Assembly: GCA_045589295.1 (NCBI GenBank)
Contig: JAZNOU010000002.1
Span: 17,283-81,282 of the forward strand
Reading direction: 5' to 3'
Length of the DNA: 64,000 bases
DNA from: Clostridia bacterium
Lineage (GTDB): Bacteria > Bacillota > Clostridia > RGIG6154
The position numbers were made by a program, and so were the translations under genes. Within the stretch, counting starts at the first letter, position 1; each line of letters begins with the position of its first letter. Shown here piece by piece: positions 1 to 8,488 of this stretch. The notes beneath the pieces were generated by a model that saw only the letters and a program-made list of their open reading frames with translations, had not been told where the DNA came from and did not search any database.

Positions 1-492
1 GCATCGGCTGCACCTTGGCAGATGAGGCGAAATCAGCTTATATTCGATAGCGAAACTGAATTCATAGGAAATGTAACCTTGCAATTCGCATCGGATGGCG
101 GCAGCTTTATCAGGCCAATAACCAAAAGATATGGCGAGAGCGTCAGCTTAGAGAGTTATGTCCCTACAAAATACGGCTATACATTCAAGGGATGGTTCGC
201 AGACCCACGAACAAAGCAGAATCAGGTAACAACATTCAAATTCACAAAGCCTGATGTACTTTACGCTAAGTGGGAACCTAACCCACAGGAACCCATAAAT
301 CCGAATGACGAAATTATGCGCAAGGACACCTGCTATCTCACAGATGAGGAAACTAAAATACGAAATGAACTAATACAAGAACAAAATAAGACCTACATAG
401 ACGGATTCGGCTATGTGGCTCCAAGCAAAACCCAAACTATCATCGTAGACTCGGACGGAGACATAAACAAAATGGTCGGAACAATGGAATAA
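1..492 (+). CDS. C-terminal part of a surface or secreted protein with a Listeria-Bacteroides-type repeat (Flg_new-like); probably 5'-truncated by the window edge
   Basis: The frame is open from base 1, with no stop before the first Met at 22. The segment YGYTFKGWFADPRTKQNQVTTFKFTKPDVLYAKW matches the Y-x-F-x-GW...A-W signature of that repeat family. Confidence 0.5.
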   Translation, partial: ASAAPWQMRRNQLIFDSETEFIGNVTLQFASDGGSFIRPITKRYGESVSLESYVPTKYGYTFKGWFADPRTKQNQVTTFKFTKPDVLYAKWEPNPQEPINPNDEIMRKDTCYLTDEETKIRNELIQEQNKTYIDGFGYVAPSKTQTIIVDSDGDINKMVGTME

Positions 493-500
493 AATCACGA

Positions 501-535
501 GAGGATAGGCGAAATCCGCCTATCCTCTTCCTCGT
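501..535 (+). terminator. Hairpin downstream of the first ORF
   Basis: An 11-bp perfect stem GAGGATAGGCG (501-511) / CGCCTATCCTC (517-527) with a 5-nt loop. The trailing T-tract is weak. Confidence 0.4.
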
Positions 536-598
536 TATATAATCGATTTTAAGGTCAAGCTACAAAGGAGCTTAAAGGGCTTCAAAGACCAAACTCAC

Positions 599-631
599 GC
601 AGATAGGGTAATTACACCCTGTCTGCTTTTT
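599..631 (+). terminator. Rho-independent terminator
   Basis: Stem GCAGATAGGGT / ACCCTGTCTGC (one G-U pair) followed by TTTTT. Confidence 0.55.
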
Positions 632-698
632 AATGCAAAATAAGGAAATATTAAAGGCATTGCAAGAGAATGCAATGCCTAGGAAAATTATAAAATAA

Positions 699-1439
699 TT
701 AAAATCTGTTTTTGATTTCATCTAGTTTTTCTAAAAACTTTTCTGCAGAATGTTCACCGCTCTTATATTTTGCTCTGCATTTAGTTAATACAAGAATGTT
801 AAAATTCAACTTTTCTAACATCTCTGCATCCATTGTCCTGCGTCTCTTGTATTGCAGAGACTGATAAATTTTTTCATATAATACTAAGTTTTCATCTGCT
901 TTTATATTTGAAGCGTATGTTTTTTTGGAGCCGGTCCATTTGCAGGTCTTACCCTCTGAATTTACACGATCGCAATAATCAGCACCAGAGTATGCCGATG
1001 CAAAATACCTAAGGCAATTTTTACACCTTGATATATGCATATTCTGTTCAGCTGCATAAAGCATCTCAAGGAATATTAAATCCTCTAAAGAATCTGTTGT
1101 ATATATATCTGCAATTTCAGCCATCATTCTTTTCTTTGCAGGCGGAAGGACAGTTCTTCTGATAACATATGTATCCGTTTCAGAACCATATTTCTCTACC
1201 ATTTCAGCATAAGCAGATATTTTTGTTGCCTGAACTTTTGATTTAAAGCAATGTCCTAAAATAATATTAGCAAGATCCGTAAGACTTTCATCAGGCTTAT
1301 CTATCAACCCAAGAGAAATAAAACTATCCCACTCTCCTGCGGCAATTTTACAAGTGAAATTGCCGAGGATTTCATCTATTAATGAATTCCCAATTGACAA
1401 CGAAACAAACCTTTTTTTGAAAATAATATTAAAGCTCAT
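699..1439 (-). CDS. Hypothetical Cys-rich protein of the mobile element (possible zinc-ribbon CxxC...C...C)
   Basis: A 246-aa ORF with CKNCLRYFASAYSGADYCDRVNSEGKTCKW. A consensus promoter lies upstream on the minus strand. I do not securely recognise a family. Confidence 0.55.
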   Translation of the reverse strand: MSFNIIFKKRFVSLSIGNSLIDEILGNFTCKIAAGEWDSFISLGLIDKPDESLTDLANIILGHCFKSKVQATKISAYAEMVEKYGSETDTYVIRRTVLPPAKKRMMAEIADIYTTDSLEDLIFLEMLYAAEQNMHISRCKNCLRYFASAYSGADYCDRVNSEGKTCKWTGSKKTYASNIKADENLVLYEKIYQSLQYKRRRTMDAEMLEKLNFNILVLTKCRAKYKSGEHSAEKFLEKLDEIKNRF

Positions 1440-1490
1440 AGTATTTCCTTTCTCAAATCCAACTGATTAAATATTTTTATTTTTAATCGC

Positions 1491-1519
1491 TTGACAAAAT
1501 ATTTAAACTATGTTAGAAT
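1491..1519 (+). promoter_or_regulatory. Sigma-70/SigA-type promoter pointing right
   Basis: TTGACA (1491-1496), 17-nt spacer, TAGAAT (1514-1519). Confidence 0.6.
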
Positions 1520-1568
1520 AAAGTTGTTCAAGAGATTACATTTGTTTTTGTTTGCTGACTTTAATTAA

Positions 1569-1597
1569 ATTATACAGACAAAACAAAGTAATGTCAA
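1569..1597 (-). promoter_or_regulatory. Sigma-70/SigA-type promoter pointing left toward ORF 699..1439
   Basis: On the minus strand: TTGACA (1597-1592), 17-nt spacer, TATAAT (1574-1569). Both hexamers are perfect consensus. Confidence 0.65.
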
Positions 1598-1933
1598 GAA
1601 AAACTTTTCAAACGAGAATAAACTCTCGCAAGATAAAGTGAAAGATGAATTGAACCTTGAAAATTTAATAGCTTGCACGGTGAGTTATACAACACAGCGA
1701 GCGCCAAGACTCCTCTTTCGAGGACGAGCGATTTAACTGTTTGAAAATACGAGGTCATGGTCGAGCAGGATCGGGGCTTAGGAAATGTAACCAGAGGCAA
1801 GTGTAGCATCAAGATAATACACGATTATTGCCTATATTATTTTAAAGGCGGTCAAAAATCTATAGAAAGGAGATTCATTAAGGCAATAAAAAGTATTTAA
1901 TATTTATTCATTTAACCGAAGGGAGATTTTTAC

Positions 1934-2206
1934 ATGAAAAATAAAGAAATACCATTAGGCTTTAATGAAGACTTTGCTATAGATATAGACGGAGCGTATA
2001 ATCCCGAACTTGCCACATCGGTTAGACGGAGATATTCATATAGTATCACCGATAACGTAATGGTAAAAACAAGGAAAACTCATGTTGGTAATATGAATTA
2101 TATTGTAAATTCAATTTTCGATATAAACTCAAAGAAAAAGGTTGAGGACCATATACGAAGACTGATAACAATAGATATTCAGGATAATATAGACAAAGTA
2201 TCCTAA
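1934..2206 (+). CDS. Small transposon-associated protein, TnpW-like
   Basis: A 90-aa ORF with an RBS (GAAGGGAG) upstream. The segment THVGNMNYIVNSIFDINSKKKVEDHIRRLI resembles the G-x-T-x-Y-x-V...F...E-x-KI-x-RLI pattern I recall for TnpW-family proteins next to serine recombinases. Confidence 0.45.
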   Translation: MKNKEIPLGFNEDFAIDIDGAYNPELATSVRRRYSYSITDNVMVKTRKTHVGNMNYIVNSIFDINSKKKVEDHIRRLITIDIQDNIDKVS

Positions 2207-2304
2207 AAGTCTGGACTTTTCAATCGGTTTAGAGTATTGTGGTGTTGTGAAATATCTACTCACAATACTCTCAATCGGTTTGACTTTGAAGGAGGGAAAG
2301 AATA

Positions 2305-3936
2305 ATGTCAAACCAAGATTATGATTTAACACTATTATATTGCAGATTATCACGAGAGGATGCGCTTGAAGGTGAAAGCAACAGTATAGAAAATCAGAAA
2401 AAGATTATCTTGAAAGTTGCTCAAGACAATAACTTTGAAAATTTAGTGTTCCTGCAAGACGATGGTTACTCTGGCACAAACTTTGACCGGCCGGATTTCC
2501 AGAAAGGGTTGAAGTTGATGGAAGAAGGTCGAGTTAAGAACTTTATTACAAAGGATTTGTCAAGACTTGGCAGAAACTATCTAGAGGTAGGAATGTACAC
2601 AGATGTCATTTTCCCGAAGTATAATGTTCGCTATATTGCTGTTCAAGACAATTACGATTCAAACAATGTCGAAAGCAATGACCTTGCACCATTTGTGAAT
2701 CTGTTTAACGAATGGTATCCCAAGGAAACATCAAAGAAGGTTCGTGCTGTTTTCAAGTTCAAAGCGGAACGTGGAGAACGAGTAAGCTCACAAGTGCCTT
2801 ATGGCTACGCAAGAGATGAAAGCACACCCATTGGTTCCAAGAAATCAATTAAACTTGTAATTGATGAAGAAGCTGCAAAGGTTGTAAGAGAAATCTATAG
2901 ATTATGTGCAAGCGGATTGGGACCTACATATATTGCCAATATTCTCAAAGAGAGAAAAATCCTCAAACCATCAATGTACGGCTATGAGAAAACCGGAAAG
3001 TACGGCGCGTCTACAGATGTAACGGAACCTTACGCTTGGAACGATAGAACAGTAGCAGGAATTCTTGATAATGAGGTATATATTGGAAATACAATAAATC
3101 TTAAGGGCACTACAATTTCGTACAAGAACAAGCAGAGAATACAAAGGCCTGAAGAAGAATGGATTCGTGTCGAGGGCACTCACGAAGCAATCATAGATAT
3201 GGATACTTGGAAAGTCGTCCGAAGGGTTCGTGAAGGCAAGCGAAGAAGAGATTCCATGGACGAGATTAACAAATATGTTGGACTTTTGTATTGTGCAGAC
3301 TGCGGTAATAAGTTATATTTCGTCAGAGGTAAAACTCTAAGCCCGGATGCATTTCACTTCATTTGCAGCAGATATAGAAAACACAGAGGCGAAGAACAAT
3401 GCACACCTCATTCTATAAGGGAAGCTGTTCTGGACGAAATCATCCTTGAAGAAATCAGGAGAATTACCTACTTTGCCAGAACAAAGACGAAGGAATTTGC
3501 TGAGTTTATAAACCAAAAAACCTCTGCAGAAAGCCGAAAAGAATTATCGGCAAAATCAGCAGAGTTTGGCAGATTAACAAAGCGAGAAGGAGAATTAGAG
3601 TCTTTATTCAAGCGTGTGTATGAAGACTATGTTTCGGAGAAGATAACAGAGAAGCAGTTTCAGATGTTGTCAGAGAGTTATACGGCGGAGCAAAAGGAAC
3701 TTCAAATTCGCATTCCTGCGTTGGGAAGTGAAATTGACACCTTGAAATCTGCAACCACAAACACAGAGAAGTTTGTATCCTTGGCAAAGAAATATGTGCA
3801 CATCAAGGAACTGACTCCTGAAATATTACTGACCTTCGTATCCAAGATTGTTATACACGAACGAAGTGAAAAAAGGTCTAAAAGTGCTACTCAGCGAATA
3901 GACATATACTTCACTCACATAGGACAAGCCTGTTAA
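2305..3936 (+). CDS. Large serine recombinase (resolvase/invertase N-terminal catalytic domain plus recombinase and zinc-ribbon/coiled-coil C-terminal region)
   Basis: N-terminus LLYCRLSREDALEGESNSIENQKK...GYSGTNFDRPDFQ...ITKDLSRLGRNY is the catalytic Ser-Arg motif of serine recombinases. It is 543 aa, and CADCGNKLYF...CSRYRK...C is a Cys-rich zinc-ribbon. An RBS GGAGGG lies upstream. Confidence 0.9.
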   Translation: MSNQDYDLTLLYCRLSREDALEGESNSIENQKKIILKVAQDNNFENLVFLQDDGYSGTNFDRPDFQKGLKLMEEGRVKNFITKDLSRLGRNYLEVGMYTDVIFPKYNVRYIAVQDNYDSNNVESNDLAPFVNLFNEWYPKETSKKVRAVFKFKAERGERVSSQVPYGYARDESTPIGSKKSIKLVIDEEAAKVVREIYRLCASGLGPTYIANILKERKILKPSMYGYEKTGKYGASTDVTEPYAWNDRTVAGILDNEVYIGNTINLKGTTISYKNKQRIQRPEEEWIRVEGTHEAIIDMDTWKVVRRVREGKRRRDSMDEINKYVGLLYCADCGNKLYFVRGKTLSPDAFHFICSRYRKHRGEEQCTPHSIREAVLDEIILEEIRRITYFARTKTKEFAEFINQKTSAESRKELSAKSAEFGRLTKREGELESLFKRVYEDYVSEKITEKQFQMLSESYTAEQKELQIRIPALGSEIDTLKSATTNTEKFVSLAKKYVHIKELTPEILLTFVSKIVIHERSEKRSKSATQRIDIYFTHIGQAC

Positions 3937-4174
3937 TTATAGGCAAAGGAAAAGGGTGAACAGCATAAACTGTTCACCCAACTTCCGCACCTGTTAGAAT
4001 GTTTCACTAAACATCCCTTAGAGAAACACCCAATGGTCTTCTTTTTTTGCGCTCATTTTATAAAATAGCAACCTTTGCCACAGAGCCTAAAATGTCGCAG
4101 CGTTTAAATATAAACGCACAGGGGGGACTACTCTCTACACACTGACGTTTTTTTCTTTGAGTAAAGCATTTGGG

Positions 4175-4213
4175 CAAAAAAGATAACCGCAACTATTGTT
4201 GCGGTTATCTTTT
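4175..4213 (-). terminator. Rho-independent terminator of the SLH gene (usable in both directions)
   Basis: A 12-bp perfect stem GATAACCGCAAC (4182-4193) / GTTGCGGTTATC (4198-4209) flanked by an A-run and a T-run. Confidence 0.75.
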
Positions 4214-4223
4214 AAATTTAAAC

Positions 4224-6914
4224 TTATTTCGATACAACCAAAATCAACTTTGCAGCATTGTTTCTAATGAATGCAAATACCTGTGAAGCACCTGAACGGG
4301 AGCTTTCATAGCCTGCGATTGCATCAATTGTGCTTGTTGTAAGTCTTGCAGTTGAACTTTCTGAAACTGCAGTGTCAAGAATATAGAATTTTGTGTTTGT
4401 TGAAACTGTAATAGTTTTTGCATCTGCACTGTTAAGACTTCCGTCAGCGGCAACGTCATAAGGTGTGATGACAATCAATGAATCATCACGTGCGTAAACT
4501 GTGCCAAAAACAGATTCTCTTGAGTTAACAGAATCAGCAACCTTAACAAATCTGTTTGCTTTACCTTCGGCAAGCAAATTGTCAATATCAAATTCGGGAG
4601 CAACTTCTTTGATATAACCCTTAGAGTTCAGAGCTATTCTTAGAACATCACCTTTGCCGTAACCTGAGATGATGCTTGGGTCATCACAAGTATAAGTCTT
4701 AGTCGCACCATCAACGATTGCCGTAACAGTAGTAACAGGCGTGCCGGTTGAGCTGTCAACAGTTGCTCTGATTGATTCGATAAGGCCAACTGCAACAGAT
4801 GGATCGTTAATTCCAATAAGACCTGAATCACCATAAACAACTACGATATTTGGAACACCTGTTGTTGATGAATCATAAGCTTCAAAACTATATTTTGCCT
4901 GATTTTTAAGTTTTGAATATGTTCCTGTTGAATAGCTTGAGCTATCGCTTCTGTTGGTAGGAATAAACAATATCTTTGTTGATGTTGAAAGTGTAACACC
5001 AGAACCTAACTGCTTGCTGCTTGAAGTGTAAGTAATATCAGTCTGGTATGCTTTTGAAAGAACAAGAGATTTGTCAACATCACCCGAAGTTTTAATTGTA
5101 AAGATATTATCAATCTTTCCTGCTGAGTTTGTTGTGTATTCAATAAGTTGAGCAATTTGTGTATTTGTTGCACCAGCATCCTTGTTTGTAGCAGAATTTG
5201 CGGCAATAAGCGCATCTAGAACAGTGTCATAGCTATATGCGGTGCCGTTAATTTTAACTTTGCTAATACCCTGGAGAATAACTGTTTTATTGTCAGTTGT
5301 AAAGATTTTAAACTGAGGATATTCGTTTTTTTCAAGGGCATCTGCAGCTATTAAGTAACCATACTTTGTGGTAGCAGCAACACTTGTTACAGAAGCTGCA
5401 AGAATTTTATTGCTTTTATCCAGATAGAATGTAACTTTGTCACCTATTGTTATAGCTTCTGAAGGCATCTTTGTGAGATATGTACGGTAGGCATTTGAAT
5501 ATTCATAAGCTTTTCCTCCAACAATAACCAAACCGTCACTATGGTTCATTGATGTAACTGCACCTGAAGCGGTGTTTGTCACTATTTCAACGTTGTATGA
5601 TTGTTTTCCTGCAGGAGACATACTTCCTGAAACCAAAAGAACATCACCTTTTTTGATTTGTGAAAAATCAACTGTAGAGCCTGCTTTTGTTATATTAACA
5701 TCAATCTGGTTTGTTGCTTGATTAAGATTGAGAGACTGAGACTGATCGTATGCGTTGTAAACAATTTTTTTAGCAGTGTCAACAGCAGAAACAACGTAAA
5801 CTTCAGTTGAGTCGATGATAACAACATCATACAATCCGTTTCCGTTGTTGTCAATAAGAGTAATTGAACCTGAATCAGGTTTTAAACTTTGTGTGATGGA
5901 AGCAACGTACTTTCCATTATAAATACCGCTTACATTGCCTGTTTCGAAATTATAAGTTTCAAAATTATTTGTGTTATCAGGGTCAGGGTAATATTCAAGC
6001 TTGTCTGTGTAAAGCTCTTTTATGCGATCAGCTTCAACGGTAACCTGTGAGTTTTGCGATGAAAGTCTTGCAGAAACAAGAATATTGTTTACACCATCGT
6101 TTTTGTAGTAGTAGTTAATCTGCTTACCAAAATAATCTTTAGCAGATGTGGTGCCTACCTTCAATTTTTTGGTGTAATCAATCTGAATCTCATCTTCTTC
6201 AATGCCTGTTGCGCTTGATTTTAAAGCTTTTCCATATACACCTGTAACAATGCCTTTGCCTTCAGTGTATCTAAGCTTTTCAGAAAGAAGAGTGCGATTA
6301 CTTGCGATACCATCTTCTGAAGCAAGCGGAGTTTCCAATGAGTTTGCAATAAGCTGAGCAATTACCTCACGGCTTGCAGGCTCGCTATGTGCAGTTTCAG
6401 CATTGTTTAAAATGCCAAAACCTCTTGCAACTGTTAAGTAGCCTGTAGGCCATCCGCCTTGTTCGAGCGCTGAAGCTTCGTAACCTAAAGTACAAACAAT
6501 CATTTTAACTGCTTGTTCGTATGTAACTTTTTCTTTTGGTCTGAATGTTCCGTCCTCAAAACCTTTGATGATGCCGAGGTCATAAGCAATTTTTGTTGCT
6601 TTTATACTCCAGTCAGCGCAGGTTGAAGCGTTAACATCAGGGAATGGATATTCCGTAACTGATACATTAAGAGCGCCTAATCCCAACACACGTGTCATAA
6701 TAACACTGAATTCTTCACGGCTGATATTAGCCTGCGGTCTGAATGTGTCAGCACCGGCATCGCCTAAAATAATACCAAAATCGTTTAAAGTGTAGATTGC
6801 GTTTTTGTACTTGCTGCTTTCGGCAACATCGCTGAAAGTGGTGGTAGCAGCCATAACAGGGACGTAAGCCAGCACCAAGCTGAGGACAAGCACCATACAA
6901 ATTAATTTTTTCAT
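4224..6914 (-). CDS. S-layer-homology (SLH) domain cell-wall-anchored protein
   Basis: There is a signal peptide (MKKLICMVLVLSLVLAYVPVMA). N-terminal SLH repeats follow (FSDV...FRPQANISREEF; FPDV...GFEDGTFRPKEKVTYEQA), then a long Ser/Thr/Asn-rich beta-type region. Confidence 0.85.
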   Translation of the reverse strand: MKKLICMVLVLSLVLAYVPVMAATTTFSDVAESSKYKNAIYTLNDFGIILGDAGADTFRPQANISREEFSVIMTRVLGLGALNVSVTEYPFPDVNASTCADWSIKATKIAYDLGIIKGFEDGTFRPKEKVTYEQAVKMIVCTLGYEASALEQGGWPTGYLTVARGFGILNNAETAHSEPASREVIAQLIANSLETPLASEDGIASNRTLLSEKLRYTEGKGIVTGVYGKALKSSATGIEEDEIQIDYTKKLKVGTTSAKDYFGKQINYYYKNDGVNNILVSARLSSQNSQVTVEADRIKELYTDKLEYYPDPDNTNNFETYNFETGNVSGIYNGKYVASITQSLKPDSGSITLIDNNGNGLYDVVIIDSTEVYVVSAVDTAKKIVYNAYDQSQSLNLNQATNQIDVNITKAGSTVDFSQIKKGDVLLVSGSMSPAGKQSYNVEIVTNTASGAVTSMNHSDGLVIVGGKAYEYSNAYRTYLTKMPSEAITIGDKVTFYLDKSNKILAASVTSVAATTKYGYLIAADALEKNEYPQFKIFTTDNKTVILQGISKVKINGTAYSYDTVLDALIAANSATNKDAGATNTQIAQLIEYTTNSAGKIDNIFTIKTSGDVDKSLVLSKAYQTDITYTSSSKQLGSGVTLSTSTKILFIPTNRSDSSSYSTGTYSKLKNQAKYSFEAYDSSTTGVPNIVVVYGDSGLIGINDPSVAVGLIESIRATVDSSTGTPVTTVTAIVDGATKTYTCDDPSIISGYGKGDVLRIALNSKGYIKEVAPEFDIDNLLAEGKANRFVKVADSVNSRESVFGTVYARDDSLIVITPYDVAADGSLNSADAKTITVSTNTKFYILDTAVSESSTARLTTSTIDAIAGYESSRSGASQVFAFIRNNAAKLILVVSK

Positions 6915-7057
6915 AATTTCATCCTTTCTTATTATGTAGTGAAATTTTTGTGTGCTACTTACAGTTTATCAAATAAATCGCGATATGTCAACAAAAATTA
7001 AAGTTTTTTGCTAGGAGAAATTTAGGGTTTTAAGCATTTTCAATCATAATAAAATCG

Positions 7058-7086
7058 TTGATTTGTAAATATATTTGTGATATACT
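7058..7086 (+). promoter_or_regulatory. SigA-type promoter of the murD operon
   Basis: TTGATT (7058-7063), 17-nt spacer, TATACT (7081-7086). Confidence 0.5.
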
Positions 7087-7117
7087 ATCAGTAAACAAAA
7101 TTTTATGGGAGAGTCAT

Positions 7118-8488
7118 ATGACATATAAAGAATATTTTGGTGGACTAACAGGCAAAAAAGTTTGTGTTATTGGTGCGGGTGTGAGTAATACTCCGCTTAT
7201 TAAAATGCTTATAAATAATGGAAGTATAGTTACTGTCTGCGATAAAAAGAATGACCTTGGGGAACTTGGCAAAGAACTTAAAAGCCTTGGGGCAAAGTTG
7301 ATTTTAGGGGAAAGCTATTTGGAAAATATTGATGCTGATGTAGTTTTCAGAAGCCCAGGAATAAGACCCGACCTTGTTCAGTTTGAGAAGGCAAAAGAGA
7401 TGGGTACGGTTATCACATCAGAAATGGAAGCATTTTTTGAGGTTTGTCCCTGCAAAATTATTGCAGTAACGGGAAGTGACGGCAAAACAACCACAACAAC
7501 CCTTATTTCAGAACTTTTGAAAGAAGAAGGCTTTAATGTTCATATCGGAGGAAATATCGGCAAACCGTTACTTCCAGAAATAGAAAATATAAAACAAGAC
7601 GATATTGCAGTTTTAGAACTTTCAAGTTTTCAACTTTTTACAATAAGAAAAAGTCCGTCAGTTGCGGTTATTACAAATCTTGAGCCAAACCACCTCAACT
7701 GGCATAAGGATTACAAAGAATATATTGATGCCAAAAAGAATATTATGCTCTTCCAAGGGGAAAATGATATTTTAGTAACAAATGCAAATAATAAGGACTC
7801 AGTAGATGTAGAAAAAGAGGCGAAAGGAATTTCAAGAACTTTTTCACGAAAGGTTAATTGTCTTTGTTGCTTAGAGGGAGAAAATATCGTTTACGGCGGT
7901 GAAAAAATTCTTAATATAAATGACATAAAACTTCCCGGACTTCACAACGTTGAAAATTATATGACTGCAATCTGTGCGGTGTATGATTTTGTAAGTAAAA
8001 AAACAATTGAAAAAGTAGCAAAAACTTTTGAGGGTGTTAAACACAGAATTGAGTTTGTAAGAGAGGTTGACGGGGCTAAATTTTATAACGATTCCATCGC
8101 GTCAAGTCCGTCAAGGGCTATTGCAGGGCTTAATTCATTTAATCAGAAGATTATAATGATTGCGGGCGGTCAGGATAAAAAAGTTCCGTATGATATTCTT
8201 GGTCCTGTTATTTGCAAAAGTGTAAAAACACTTGTGTTGCTTGGCAATGGAGCGTTAGATGCAGCAGCACCGCAGATAAGAAAAGCAGTTGAAAACTGTG
8301 AGGAATTCACAAATTGTGGAATAGAAATAAAGGAGACAACTTCATTGAAAGATGCTGTGCTTATGGCTAAAGAAAGTGCAAAATCGGGAGATGTGGTAAT
8401 GCTTTGCCCTGCGGCAACAAGCTTTGATATGTTCAAAAATTTTGAAGAGCGCGGAAATTTATTTAAGGATTTGGTGAATAAACTTTGA
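7118..8488 (+). CDS. murD: UDP-N-acetylmuramoylalanine--D-glutamate ligase
   Basis: Mur ligase motifs are present (VTGSDGKTTTT P-loop, NxxPNHLNWH). Length and N-terminal Rossmann GAGVSN fit. I prefer the ATG at 7118 with RBS GGGAGAG over the ORF-track start at 7058. Confidence 0.9.
   Translation: MTYKEYFGGLTGKKVCVIGAGVSNTPLIKMLINNGSIVTVCDKKNDLGELGKELKSLGAKLILGESYLENIDADVVFRSPGIRPDLVQFEKAKEMGTVITSEMEAFFEVCPCKIIAVTGSDGKTTTTTLISELLKEEGFNVHIGGNIGKPLLPEIENIKQDDIAVLELSSFQLFTIRKSPSVAVITNLEPNHLNWHKDYKEYIDAKKNIMLFQGENDILVTNANNKDSVDVEKEAKGISRTFSRKVNCLCCLEGENIVYGGEKILNINDIKLPGLHNVENYMTAICAVYDFVSKKTIEKVAKTFEGVKHRIEFVREVDGAKFYNDSIASSPSRAIAGLNSFNQKIIMIAGGQDKKVPYDILGPVICKSVKTLVLLGNGALDAAAPQIRKAVENCEEFTNCGIEIKETTSLKDAVLMAKESAKSGDVVMLCPAATSFDMFKNFEERGNLFKDLVNKL

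Larger units (their letters stand above)
1..3936. mobile_element. Right-hand end of an integrated element (conjugative transposon or prophage type) carrying a large serine recombinase; the left boundary lies outside the window and the right boundary is somewhere in 3937-4170
   Basis: A large serine recombinase gene is the terminal gene. It is preceded by a TnpW-like small ORF, a Cys-rich accessory ORF and consensus face-to-face promoters. Ordinary chromosomal genes begin at 4224. Confidence 0.55.

Noticed and set aside
1594-1812. A 72-aa minus-strand ORF in the GC-rich part of the mobile-element leader
   Set aside because: It would start upstream of the minus-strand promoter that lies at 1569-1597. 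It has no RBS and a hydrophobic or Ser-rich nonsense-like composition. The region is better treated as untranslated leader or structured nucleic acid.
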